From positions 1 through 64,000 of IMG/VR virus record IMGVR_UViG_3300032770_000017: a DNA stretch of 64,000 nucleotides; one strand, written 5' to 3'. Below are positions 18,412-28,240 of this stretch, one piece after another (the stretch's first letter is position 1; every line of letters starts with the position of its first letter). Under the pieces are notes generated by a model, which saw nothing but the letters and a program-made list of their open reading frames with translations, had not been told where the DNA came from and searched no databases. This stretch comes from a virus. The position numbers and the translations under genes were made by a program.

Positions 18412-19010
18412 GCGATAACGACCGCGTCGATGAGGCAGGGAATCCGCCTATCCCTCACGACGCGGACGACCATCGCATCCCCGCCCGCAAGGCCGAATGC
18501 TGCCAGGCGCACGCCGACGAGCTGGGCCGACTCCCAATAGGTTGGTGTGGGCCGGGGTGCCTGAGAAGCAGGCTGCCTGATCCGTCACCGGGCGACAAGC
18601 TGCCGTTACCCTTCGCGGCCATGCCCACTCAACCCGTTGAGCACTGGGCCTCGGAGCCCGAAGCCCACGATTATCCGGCCGCTCTCGACTACCTGACCCT
18701 GATGATGCCTGCCAAGCAGGCCAAGGCCGCGGTCAGGGCGCTGAAGAAGGCGCCGCTCAGCCACCGTAAGGCCAAAGACCTACTCAGGGCGTCCGGCTTG
18801 GCCGCGTTGCCCAAGACGAATGTGCACGTCGCCAAAGACCTCGCCAAGGTGGCGGGAGGGACGAAGTTGTCGCCCGTCCTCATTGTGCGCGACGACACAT
18901 CGGTCGGGTCATTGCTGCTTATTGCCGACGGCTACCATCGCATTTGCGCCAGTTACATAATCGATGAGAACGCCGAAATCCCCTGTCGCCTTATCTCGTC
19001 AAAGGCGTGA
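18408..19010 (+). CDS. ParB/Srx-like domain protein
   Basis: LSPVLIVR..LLIADGYHR motif; start uncertain (18408 or 18621). Confidence 0.65.
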   Translation: MSDNDRVDEAGNPPIPHDADDHRIPARKAECCQAHADELGRLPIGWCGPGCLRSRLPDPSPGDKLPLPFAAMPTQPVEHWASEPEAHDYPAALDYLTLMMPAKQAKAAVRALKKAPLSHRKAKDLLRASGLAALPKTNVHVAKDLAKVAGGTKLSPVLIVRDDTSVGSLLLIADGYHRICASYIIDENAEIPCRLISSKA

Positions 19011-19447
19011 CCTCTAACCGCGATGAAATCGTGTTTGGCGGGCTTGATGGCCTGACCAGTGCCCTCGGCGTGATGGCCGGCGCCTACCTCGCCAACGCCC
19101 GGGCCAAGACGGTGCTGATCACCGGGCTCGGGCTCGCCATCGCCGCGGCGGTGTCCATGGCCGGCGGTGAGGCCCTGAGCGACGAGGAGGCCGATGGGCG
19201 GATCGTGCGGGCGGCATACATGGGCGGCGCTACCTTGGTCGGGTCGTTCCTGCCGATCGCCGGGTTCATCTTCGACCGCCGTGCCGGGCTGGTGTTCTGC
19301 ATCGTGATCACGGTGTGCGTGGGCGCCACTGTTGCCCATCTGCGCCCCGGCGCCTGGTGGCCATCGATCGTCAAGACCTTCGCCGTACTGGCGGTGGCGG
19401 CTGGGCTATCGGTGGTGGCAGCGGTCGCGATGGGGGCCACGGGTTAG
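19007..19447 (+). CDS. VIT1/CCC1-family membrane transporter (minimal)
   Basis: DEIVFGGLDGLTS.LGV.AG and AVSMAGGEALS motifs; about 5 TM. Confidence 0.8.
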   Translation: MTSNRDEIVFGGLDGLTSALGVMAGAYLANARAKTVLITGLGLAIAAAVSMAGGEALSDEEADGRIVRAAYMGGATLVGSFLPIAGFIFDRRAGLVFCIVITVCVGATVAHLRPGAWWPSIVKTFAVLAVAAGLSVVAAVAMGATG

Positions 19448-19516
19448 GCCATCACACCCCCTCTCGTGCGCCCCGCATAGCGTTGCGGCGCCCCCTTCGG
19501 AGCGAGGAGCCCTCCC

Positions 19517-20572
19517 TTGCGCAGATTCCTACTGGCCGCCATTGCCGCTGTGCTCGTCCTCTCTGCCTGCTCGGGGGGCACGAAGGGAAAGCCGCCCGTC
19601 CCGGCTGTGTCAGGCACCGTTGTCGGCGTATCTCTTTCCGCAAATGCCGCCAATAGGTACATGGCTGCAGGCGCGGTGTGGAACGTCTTTTGCCCGAACA
19701 AGCTGACCTCCTCGCAGATCGCCTCCAATGAGGTCCACCTCGTTTGCGCCGTCCCGGCGACGACCACGACGGCGCCCGCGACCACCACAACGGTGGCTCC
19801 CACCACGACTCGGCCAGCGACAACCACGACGTTGCCCGGCGGCACGACGACCGTGCCCGCGACCACGACGACCACCGTTCCGGCCACCACCACGACGGTC
19901 CCGACCAGTGGCACCTGTACGAGCCCGGTGTGGTCGAGCAGCGACGCTCAGGCCACCGACAACACCGACAGCGCCGGGTACTGGTGGGTGAACAACGACG
20001 CCTGGTCGGGCAGCCACGGCCCGCAGACGATCAACGTGTGCAGCGCGTCGTCTTGGTACGCGGTGTCCAACCAGACCGATCAGCAAGGCGCGGTTGAGAC
20101 CTATCCCGACACCGAGTATTTCGTCGGCGGCGGCGGTGGGGGCCACACGACCAAGACCATCTCGCAGTTCGCCAGCATCACTTCGACGTTCTCCGAGGCG
20201 TTCCCCACCACGACCGGCTTGTCGTGGGACGCGGGCTACGACCTGTGGACGAACAACTGGACGAATGAAACGATGATCTGGAACCAGTGGGTCGGCGACC
20301 CGGGCTACTGGCCAGGACAGGCGACCATCGCCGTGACGCTCGATGGCGTGCCCTACCACTTCCTCGACAACGGCGGCGAGCTGCTGTTCTTCAGGGACAC
20401 GCAGGTCGCCTCGGGCTCCGTGGACATCCTCGCTGCCTACCAGTGGGAGGTCGCCCACGGCTACGCCAAGGCCACCGACATCCCGACCAATCTGGAGTAC
20501 GGCGTGGAGGTCGTGGGCACGAACGGTGCGACCACATTCCCGCTGACCGGTCTGACCTTCAGCCTGTCGTGA
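19517..20572 (+). CDS. Lipoprotein with Thr-rich linker and GH12-like glycoside hydrolase domain
   Basis: Lipobox LSAC; VNNDAW, ETYP, DAGYDLW, ETMIW and GVE motifs carrying both catalytic Glu positions. Confidence 0.8.
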   Translation: MRRFLLAAIAAVLVLSACSGGTKGKPPVPAVSGTVVGVSLSANAANRYMAAGAVWNVFCPNKLTSSQIASNEVHLVCAVPATTTTAPATTTTVAPTTTRPATTTTLPGGTTTVPATTTTTVPATTTTVPTSGTCTSPVWSSSDAQATDNTDSAGYWWVNNDAWSGSHGPQTINVCSASSWYAVSNQTDQQGAVETYPDTEYFVGGGGGGHTTKTISQFASITSTFSEAFPTTTGLSWDAGYDLWTNNWTNETMIWNQWVGDPGYWPGQATIAVTLDGVPYHFLDNGGELLFFRDTQVASGSVDILAAYQWEVAHGYAKATDIPTNLEYGVEVVGTNGATTFPLTGLTFSLS

Positions 20573-20889
20573 CCCCCTTGCGCGCCGTCGCCACCCGGGC
20601 AGTCAGTGAGCCCCGTCACTGGCCGCTGCGCAAGGTGGCGGCGATCGGGCTCCCGTTGCTGCTGCTCGGCGCCCTCGGGATCACGCTCGGCCTCCTGGCC
20701 CACGCCCACCACACCTACCGCACCGTGGTCCAGACGGCCACGGTCGGCGCCCAGCCGGCGACGGTGCACGCGGCCCCCACGGACCCGCAGAACACGATCG
20801 CTCTAGTGACCTGTGTCTGCGGCGTGGTCGCCACCCTGACCGGCGTGGGGACGTTCGTGGTCAGCCTGCGCAAGGCCCCAGCCTCGTGA
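20569..20889 (+). CDS. Two-TM membrane protein
   Basis: GTGA overlaps; hydrophobic segments. Confidence 0.55.
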   Translation: MTPLRAVATRAVSEPRHWPLRKVAAIGLPLLLLGALGITLGLLAHAHHTYRTVVQTATVGAQPATVHAAPTDPQNTIALVTCVCGVVATLTGVGTFVVSLRKAPAS

Positions 20890-21356
20890 AACTGCACCGG
20901 CCTCATCCCCATCCGGCCGTCCGGCGACCCGACCAACTGACCCGGGGCGAGCGGGCGGCCGACGTGATGAAGGGCGCGCTGGCGACCTGGGCCGCGCTCG
21001 GGTTCATGGCGGCATTCATTGCCGGGTGGATGGTGCTCAATAGCCACCTTGCGGGGCGTAGCCACCACTTCGATCCATATCCCTGGATCCTCCTGAACCT
21101 CTGCCTCTCGACCTTGGCCGGGCTGCAGTGCTTCGTGCTCCTGATCGCCAACCGCCGGGGCGAGCAGATCGCGGCCGAAATCGCCGTGGCCACCAAGAAC
21201 AACACCGACGGGATCGCGGCGGAACTGGCGGTCAATACGACCCTCACCAAGGCCGTGCAGGCCAATACCGACCAGATCGCGGAGGTGCACCGCCACGTCA
21301 CGGCCCTCACCCGGCACCTCAATGTGCCCGCCGGGCGGTTCGATCCCGATACCTGA
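20886..21356 (+). CDS. DUF1003-family membrane protein
   Basis: GERAAD..TW, FDPYPWILLNL.LS.LA.LQ..L.IANRR. Confidence 0.85.
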   Translation: MKLHRPHPHPAVRRPDQLTRGERAADVMKGALATWAALGFMAAFIAGWMVLNSHLAGRSHHFDPYPWILLNLCLSTLAGLQCFVLLIANRRGEQIAAEIAVATKNNTDGIAAELAVNTTLTKAVQANTDQIAEVHRHVTALTRHLNVPAGRFDPDT

Positions 21357-21518
21357 TCACTCCGCGCCATTGACGCGTTGTGGTATCTATCTGAGGGACC
21401 GCCCGACGTAGTTGGACGGTCGCAGCACCTCCGGTCCATAGGTGCCGGGTGGACGAGCCGACGCCGCCACAGGCAGGCGCATCCCGTTCCGACCGCGCCC
21501 AGAACCGGAGGACAACCC

Positions 21519-23783
21519 GTGGACGCACTGCACATCAACCGATTCGCTGCGTTCGCCGCCGATGGCTCGATGACCAGCCTGGTGGCCGAGGGGCTGCCCG
21601 AATGGCCCACCGACGGCGCCCTCGGAGCGATCGCCGATGCCGACCTGTACGCGATGGAGCAGGCGTACCTCGCCGAGTTCGCCGCCATCGAAGCCGACCC
21701 GTCCCGCCCGGTGGGCGACGCCGTGGCCCTCGCCGAGCACGTTCGTGCCCTGCGCGACGAGGCCGAGCGCCGTATGGCCGCCGAGCCCGTCCCTGAGCCC
21801 ACGGCCGAGGAACTGGCCGCCCAGGCCGCAGCCGATGAGGCCGCGGCCGCGCTCGCCGCCGAGCGGGAGGCCCAACTGGCCGCCCTGCGCGCCGAGATCA
21901 CCCCCGAGCCCGGTGCGGGCGAGACCATCCCCGAGGGCACGGCGTTCAGCCGCGAAGACCTCGTGGCCGCCGTCACCGCCGGTGCCGAAGCCGCGGCACG
22001 GGCCATCGTGCCCGCCGTCACCGCTGCCATCGCCCAGGCTGCCCCGGTCACCGAGCCGGCCCCTGGCGTCACGATCACCCGCATGCGGGCCCGTGACCTC
22101 GGTGGCTATCGCCCCGACCACCTCGCCCCGGCGCCAGCCAACGGCGCCGAGCGCAGCCGGTTCACAGCCAAGGTCGTCTCAGCCACCGACTCGTCCGCGG
22201 TCGGCCTCGGCGGCGAGATCCAGACCATGGACCAGCTCGTGGACATCTTCACCGAGAAGGCTCTCGCCATCGGGCGGGCATCCGGTGTGGACAACGAGCA
22301 GGTCAAGTTGGCCTCGATCAAGCTCGACCGGGTGCCGCCGGAGATGGACCTGCGCGGTATCACCGACGGCCGGGAACTGCGCCGCAAGGTGCTGTCGGTC
22401 ATCGGCCCCGAGGCCGTTGGCGTCAACCCGTGGACCGGCCGTGAGGCCCCCATCGGGCGCGGCGGTGTCGTGCACGTCGGAGAGGGCCTGGTCGCATCCG
22501 GCGGGTTGGCCGCACCGGTCGAGCCGTACTACAACCAGCTCGTCATCGCCCAGGGCGCACGCCCTGTGCAGGCGGCGTTGCCGACCTTCGTGGCCGAACG
22601 AGGCGGGATCAAGCTCACGCTGCCTCCCTCCATCGGCACGATCGCGGCGGCCACCACGCCCGGGCAGTACACCGACGGTGTGACCAACACCGATACCTCG
22701 CTGGTGTCAGCCACGGCCACCTTCACCGCCGCCGATGCCGGCTCGTACATCTCCGGCTCGCCGACGATCTTCGCCGAGGGCACGATCATCGCCAGCGTCA
22801 CCAACTCGACGACGGTGGTCCTGTCGGCGGCCACGCTCACGACCACCACGGGCGTGACCTTCGTGATCCAGCGGCGCAACCCTTACAACCTCGGGCCTGC
22901 CGTTGGTGTCGTCACCGCCGCCCAGGACGCCGCAGGGCCGCCGAACGTGATCAAGTACACCTACGACGTGCCCGTCGGCACGCAGAACGAGTACGACGTC
23001 TATTCGGTCTACACGTCGCTGCAGTTCGGCAACCTGACCGGGCGCACCTTCCCCGAGCAGGTGGAGGCCAACATCCGCGTCGCCGACGCGCTGGCCGCCC
23101 GGACCGCGGACACGCAGATGCTGAACCTCATCAGCCTCTACTCGACGCTGTTCACCGGGGCCAAGACGTTCGGCACGGCACGCCAACTGCTCGCCCAGTT
23201 GGGCCACATGGGAGCGGTGTACCGCAACTCCGAGCGTATGGACCCGAGCGCCGTGCTGCGGGTGCTGCTGCCGGCGTGGGCGATCAACGCCATGCGGGGC
23301 GACTACATCGCCTCGTTCATCGGTGGCGGCGACGCCTGGGGCCTCTCCGACGACGAGATCGCCGGGTGGCTGGCCGACAACCACTTCATGCTCAGCCTCT
23401 ACCAGGACGGCCCGACGGACATCTCGCAGCTCTTCGTCACCACCGGCTTCTCGGGGGCGACGGGCAACGGGACCACGCTCGGGACGCCGATCGCCATCCC
23501 CGACTACCCGGGCACTGGCGCGACCACCTCGTTCCGCACGCAGGTGATCTCGTTCATGTGGGCCGAGGGGACGTGGCTCGGGCTGACCACCGGGGAACTG
23601 AATTTGGGCCTAGTTCGGGATAGCATACTCAATTCACAGAACCGATACCGTCAATTCTCTGAAGTGTGGGAGACTCCCGCTTTCGTGGGAACTCGCACGC
23701 TGCGGGGAGAGCACACGGTTGCGGCAGACGGCAGCTACGGCGCCGCCGTGTCGGTCACTCTTGGGGCCGGCAACGGGCTCTAG
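21519..23783 (+). CDS. Major capsid protein with N-terminal scaffold-like region and inserted Ser/Thr-rich domain
   Basis: GGAGG RBS before GTG 21519; LVASGG.AP.E.YY, RGGIK, LNLGLVRDS.LN..N.Y..FSE motifs; strong GC3. Confidence 0.85.
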   Translation: MDALHINRFAAFAADGSMTSLVAEGLPEWPTDGALGAIADADLYAMEQAYLAEFAAIEADPSRPVGDAVALAEHVRALRDEAERRMAAEPVPEPTAEELAAQAAADEAAAALAAEREAQLAALRAEITPEPGAGETIPEGTAFSREDLVAAVTAGAEAAARAIVPAVTAAIAQAAPVTEPAPGVTITRMRARDLGGYRPDHLAPAPANGAERSRFTAKVVSATDSSAVGLGGEIQTMDQLVDIFTEKALAIGRASGVDNEQVKLASIKLDRVPPEMDLRGITDGRELRRKVLSVIGPEAVGVNPWTGREAPIGRGGVVHVGEGLVASGGLAAPVEPYYNQLVIAQGARPVQAALPTFVAERGGIKLTLPPSIGTIAAATTPGQYTDGVTNTDTSLVSATATFTAADAGSYISGSPTIFAEGTIIASVTNSTTVVLSAATLTTTTGVTFVIQRRNPYNLGPAVGVVTAAQDAAGPPNVIKYTYDVPVGTQNEYDVYSVYTSLQFGNLTGRTFPEQVEANIRVADALAARTADTQMLNLISLYSTLFTGAKTFGTARQLLAQLGHMGAVYRNSERMDPSAVLRVLLPAWAINAMRGDYIASFIGGGDAWGLSDDEIAGWLADNHFMLSLYQDGPTDISQLFVTTGFSGATGNGTTLGTPIAIPDYPGTGATTSFRTQVISFMWAEGTWLGLTTGELNLGLVRDSILNSQNRYRQFSEVWETPAFVGTRTLRGEHTVAADGSYGAAVSVTLGAGNGL

Positions 23784-24628
23784 GAGTCGTCGCCTTGTCC
23801 CTTTCGCCTCGCTCGGCTCTCTGCGGCCTGCACCCGTCGGTACTCGCGCGCCTCATCGGGCGTCAGGTCACGGCTGCGTTTGCCGAAGAGGCGAAAGGCC
23901 AGCGTTCCTCGGTAGTACTCCTCGGTGGTCTCCCGGCCATCGAGGAGTCGCTGCCGGTCGCGCTGGGCTTGGGACTTGGCTCGGTCGAAGGTTCTTCTTT
24001 CCTCCGGCGTGAGGTCACGAAGCCGCTTGCCGAACATCTGCCAGGCGGGCGTCTCGTGCACCCATCGGGAACTGGAGCCCTGAACGCGCGGGCCATGTTG
24101 GAGGAATGCAGTGAGCAGTTCGTGCGCCCGTTCCTTGCGCCGGGCGCCAAGCCATGCCCAGAAAAGGCAGACGATGTGCTGGAACTCTTCGTGACTGCCG
24201 ACCTGCCAGATCAGGATCGGTTTGCGGCCACCGGGCCGTTCCTTCGGTCCAGTGATGCTGCCGACCTGCACGATGGCAGCGAAGCGCTCGACTACGTCGT
24301 AGTCGGTCATCGCCAGTGTCGCCGTTGGCCCACCGCGGCCAGGGCTCCTAGAGAAACATCCCTCTCCCTCGAAGAGCGCGGCCGCCCAAGCGATTTCGGC
24401 CGCGCTCGGCATCACGAAAGATGCTCGGATCTTTCGCACTGGGACCGGCTCCGGTTTGCGCCCGCGTTGCTTGACCACCAGGGGATCACCCCATCGGTGG
24501 TAGCGACGGGCATGCTTCCCGCAGAGCGGCTCGCCTTCGGCGCCGGTGCCGTTGGCTGCTCGTCCACAGACGACGCCATCCTCAATGACGGCGCAGGCCT
24601 TGCCGAGAACCTCGTTACGCTGACTCAT
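23780..24628 (-). CDS. LAGLIDADG-like homing endonuclease with N-terminal Cys/His motif
   Basis: GGAGG RBS before ATG 24628; EIAWAAALFEGEGCF helix, MTDYDVVERF. Confidence 0.8.
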   Translation of the reverse strand: MSQRNEVLGKACAVIEDGVVCGRAANGTGAEGEPLCGKHARRYHRWGDPLVVKQRGRKPEPVPVRKIRASFVMPSAAEIAWAAALFEGEGCFSRSPGRGGPTATLAMTDYDVVERFAAIVQVGSITGPKERPGGRKPILIWQVGSHEEFQHIVCLFWAWLGARRKERAHELLTAFLQHGPRVQGSSSRWVHETPAWQMFGKRLRDLTPEERRTFDRAKSQAQRDRQRLLDGRETTEEYYRGTLAFRLFGKRSRDLTPDEAREYRRVQAAESRARRKGQGDDS

Positions 24629-24698
24629 GTCGGACCTCCTCACAGGTTCGGCCGGGGCCGGGGGTGCGCAAACACCGCCCGGCCCTCCCATTATAGCA
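24629..24698 (-). promoter_or_regulatory. Promoter plus conserved two-hairpin leader (copy B)
   Basis: TGCTATAAT; GGGCCGGG-C-GGTG/CACC-CCCGGCCC; CGAACCT/AGGTCCG over GGAGG. Confidence 0.75.
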
Positions 24699-24714
24699 AG
24701 TGTAGGAGACGGCC

Positions 24715-26097
24715 ATGAGCGGGCCGACCATGTCGAGCGTCGTTGGGGTCGATTACACCCTGGACCCGGGACCGCCGCTCAAACTGCCGCCCCTCTCGTT
24801 GCTGTCGTTGGCATCGCCGTTGGTGGACATCGACGACCTGATTGGGCAGCAGCAGCAGGCGGCCGAGATGGTCCTGTCGGCACAAAGCGACCTGAGCGCC
24901 CTCGAAGCGCCCATGGATGCCGACGAGTCGATCGACACGCTGGAGCGCCAGCAGGCCACAGAGGCCGCGCAGAACCGCGTCCAGGAGGGCGAGGCGTGGC
25001 TGTCGGCGGTCAACAAGCGCCTGGCCGAGGTGCAGCGCTGGGAGCACGGGTTCCAGTACCTGCCCGAGTTATCCCAGTCGGCTGGCATGTCGATCTTCGC
25101 CCCCGACGGCGACCCGGCCATCACCAACCCCACCGTCGGCGCGATCAAGACGGTCGGGCCCAATCAGACGGCGTTCGCGTGGTACGACCCCTTCCAGGTG
25201 GTCGCCCTTGATTCGCGGTCGCTGTTCGGCTGGCCCAACACCGACTTCGCCTCACGGTCGCGCCGTGCCCTGCGGGCGCTGCAGAACCACGAGTCGTGGG
25301 ACGTGGAGCAGGAGTTCTGGAGCGGGAGCAGCATCCCGACGAACTACCACCTCTCCGCATCGCCCAGCACGCCGACCACATCACCGCACCGCACGGTCAC
25401 GGGTTGGCCCAACCCCACCGCCGCGTCAGGGACCACGCTTGGGACCGCGGTCGGGCTCGGTGCGTCGTTGGCCGCGCTTGACCAGTCAATCGCAGACGCA
25501 GACGCGGGCACCGGTGTCATCCACGCCACGCCGTACCTCGTGCAGCGCTGGGCGTCGGTGTACTCGTACCTGCGGGACTCCGACGGCCACGTCTACACGG
25601 TCAACCACAACCTGATCCTGGCGGGCTACGGCTACCCGGGCACCGGTCCCGACGTGGCCTCGCGCACGGTCACAGACGGTGTGCTGGCGTCGACCACCAC
25701 CGTCACGAGCGCCACCGCCAACTTCACGAACTTCGACATCGGCTCATCCATCTCCGCTGCCGACGGAAAGATCCCGGCTGGCGCCTACATCGTGAGCGTC
25801 ACCAACTCCACAACCGTGATCATCTCGGCCGCGGCCACGGCATCGGAGTCCGGGGTCACGATCACCATCGGCGCGTCGCAGGCCCACATCGGCGGCAACC
25901 GCTACCAGTGGGCCTACGCGACCGACTGGCTCTACACCTGCGCAGGCGCGGCCCAGATCTACCCGTGGGACTTCCGCCAGGGCTCACCCGACGTGCCACT
26001 CGACAACCTCGCCGAGATCCGCGTGGAGCGGAGCTGGGCCGTGCTTACGAACCAGTTGCTCAGAGCCGCCGTCCTCGTCGACACCGGCACGGCATAG
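24715..26097 (+). CDS. Capsid-associated structural protein with inserted Ser/Thr-rich domain
   Basis: Position between MCP and tail tube; PFQV, E..VEQEFW, GVIHA, GYPGTGP motifs. Confidence 0.7.
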   Translation: MSGPTMSSVVGVDYTLDPGPPLKLPPLSLLSLASPLVDIDDLIGQQQQAAEMVLSAQSDLSALEAPMDADESIDTLERQQATEAAQNRVQEGEAWLSAVNKRLAEVQRWEHGFQYLPELSQSAGMSIFAPDGDPAITNPTVGAIKTVGPNQTAFAWYDPFQVVALDSRSLFGWPNTDFASRSRRALRALQNHESWDVEQEFWSGSSIPTNYHLSASPSTPTTSPHRTVTGWPNPTAASGTTLGTAVGLGASLAALDQSIADADAGTGVIHATPYLVQRWASVYSYLRDSDGHVYTVNHNLILAGYGYPGTGPDVASRTVTDGVLASTTTVTSATANFTNFDIGSSISAADGKIPAGAYIVSVTNSTTVIISAAATASESGVTITIGASQAHIGGNRYQWAYATDWLYTCAGAAQIYPWDFRQGSPDVPLDNLAEIRVERSWAVLTNQLLRAAVLVDTGTA

Positions 26098-26109
26098 AAA
26101 GGAACGGCC

Positions 26110-27057
26110 ATGGCCAACGCTGGCGCAATCCCGATCCAAGGGTGCGCGATCGCCATCACGCAACTGCAGGCCAATGGCACCCCCGTCATCGGCTCGACGA
26201 GCTACGTGCAGGACGACAAGCCGTTCCTGAAGTTCACCGCCAAGCCGGTGATGGAGGAAGGCGTCGAGATCACGCCCAAGAGCGCATGCGGCGTGCCGAT
26301 CATCTCCTACAAGGACTTCAACTACTACAAGCGCTGGGATGTCACGCTCGACCTCGCCGACTTCGACCTGGACAAGATGTCCATTCTCGGCAACGGCACG
26401 CTGCTCACCGCCGGCTCGTCGTCGGGGCGCACCTTCACTGATGGCGTGGTCGTTACCAACTCGACGACCATCACGTCGGCCTCGTCGGCGTCCTTCGTGT
26501 CCACCGACGTGGGCCGCACGATCACCGGTGCCGATGTGCCAGCGAACACCTACATCACAGAGATCCTCGGCACGACTGGCGCGGTGATGAGCGCGGCGGC
26601 GACCGGTTCGACCGGTCCGGGGTCCTACACACTCGGCACGCTCGCTGCCCGCTCGATCGGCTACCAGTGGCCGCAGCTCATCTGCACGCCCAACACCAAC
26701 GGCGTCTCAATCGAAATCTGGATGAAGGCGATCGTGCGCTGCACCGGCTACCAGGGCACCACGCCCTACCCGAGCGCCGGTGGCACCCCGACCGGCCTCC
26801 CGTCCTCGGCATGGATCCGCTTCGGCGCCTTCCGGTGCTTCATGTACCACGCCGATATCGACATCGAGGACAAGGAATTCACCAACATGTTCACGGGGTG
26901 GGCGATCGAGAACCCGCTCTTCGGCACCGGACCGCGCAACGACTGGACGACCTCGGGCGTCTCGGGCGGCACGGCCGTGGACACCACCAAGGTCTTCGAC
27001 GCGATGTTCGATTTCCAACTCCCGTCCCCGCTCCAGGCCGGGTTCCAGGTCCCGTAG
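26110..27057 (+). CDS. Major tail (tube) protein
   Basis: QGCAI.ITQL..NG.P, EEG.EI..KSACG and IGY..P...GVSIEIW motifs of actinophage tail tubes. Confidence 0.8.
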   Translation: MANAGAIPIQGCAIAITQLQANGTPVIGSTSYVQDDKPFLKFTAKPVMEEGVEITPKSACGVPIISYKDFNYYKRWDVTLDLADFDLDKMSILGNGTLLTAGSSSGRTFTDGVVVTNSTTITSASSASFVSTDVGRTITGADVPANTYITEILGTTGAVMSAAATGSTGPGSYTLGTLAARSIGYQWPQLICTPNTNGVSIEIWMKAIVRCTGYQGTTPYPSAGGTPTGLPSSAWIRFGAFRCFMYHADIDIEDKEFTNMFTGWAIENPLFGTGPRNDWTTSGVSGGTAVDTTKVFDAMFDFQLPSPLQAGFQVP

Positions 27058-27066
27058 GAGGATCCC

Positions 27067-27549
<483 letters not shown>

Positions 27550-27574
27550 CCCTTCAGCGGCGTAGCCTGAGGCT

Positions 27575-28240
27575 GTGCGCCTTGTCTACGTCTCCCTCGT
27601 CGCTGACGCCGAGCGGTACGCGTCGGTGGCGGGGGCGCACATCCCCGAGCACGCCACCGCCGTCACGGTTGAAGGCGCGGCCTCTGCGGCGAGCGGGCTG
27701 AACCCGGTCCTCGAACGCTACGCGGCCGACCCATCGGTGGACGGCCTGGTGGTGCTGCACGAGGACGTGATCATCCGTGATCCCGAGTTCGAGCCGATGA
27801 TCGGAGCGCACCTGCGCGAGCAACGGGTGGGCCTGATCGGCGTGATCGGCGCCGTGCGGCCACCCGGGCTCAACTGGTGGGACGCCGCGGTCAAGCGGGG
27901 CGCGGTAGACGAGACACGAGGACGCATTGACTTCGGCTGGGGCGACGCCGATGTGGACGTGTGCGACGGGCTGCTCCACGTCATCGGCCGTCGAGCCCTT
28001 GACGCCGGCATCCGTTACGACGAGTGCTACGACGCCTTCCACGGCTACGACTTGGACCTGTGCCTGCAGGTGAGGGCGGCCGGGCTGCGGGTGGTCGTGG
28101 CGCCAGTGTGGGTGGACCACCGCACCCGTGGCGGCTATGGCGACGTGGACGCCTATCTGCGCGCCGATGCCCGGTTCCGCGCCAAGTGGTCAGGAACGGT
28201 GCGCGGCGACGCCGATGTTGGCGAGCAGGTGCGGCGGTAG
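27575..28240 (+). CDS. GT-A glycosyltransferase (Glyco_tranf_2_5-like)
   Basis: LHEDV, GLIGVIG, VDVCDGLL, FHGYDLDLCLQ. Confidence 0.8.
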   Translation: MRLVYVSLVADAERYASVAGAHIPEHATAVTVEGAASAASGLNPVLERYAADPSVDGLVVLHEDVIIRDPEFEPMIGAHLREQRVGLIGVIGAVRPPGLNWWDAAVKRGAVDETRGRIDFGWGDADVDVCDGLLHVIGRRALDAGIRYDECYDAFHGYDLDLCLQVRAAGLRVVVAPVWVDHRTRGGYGDVDAYLRADARFRAKWSGTVRGDADVGEQVRR

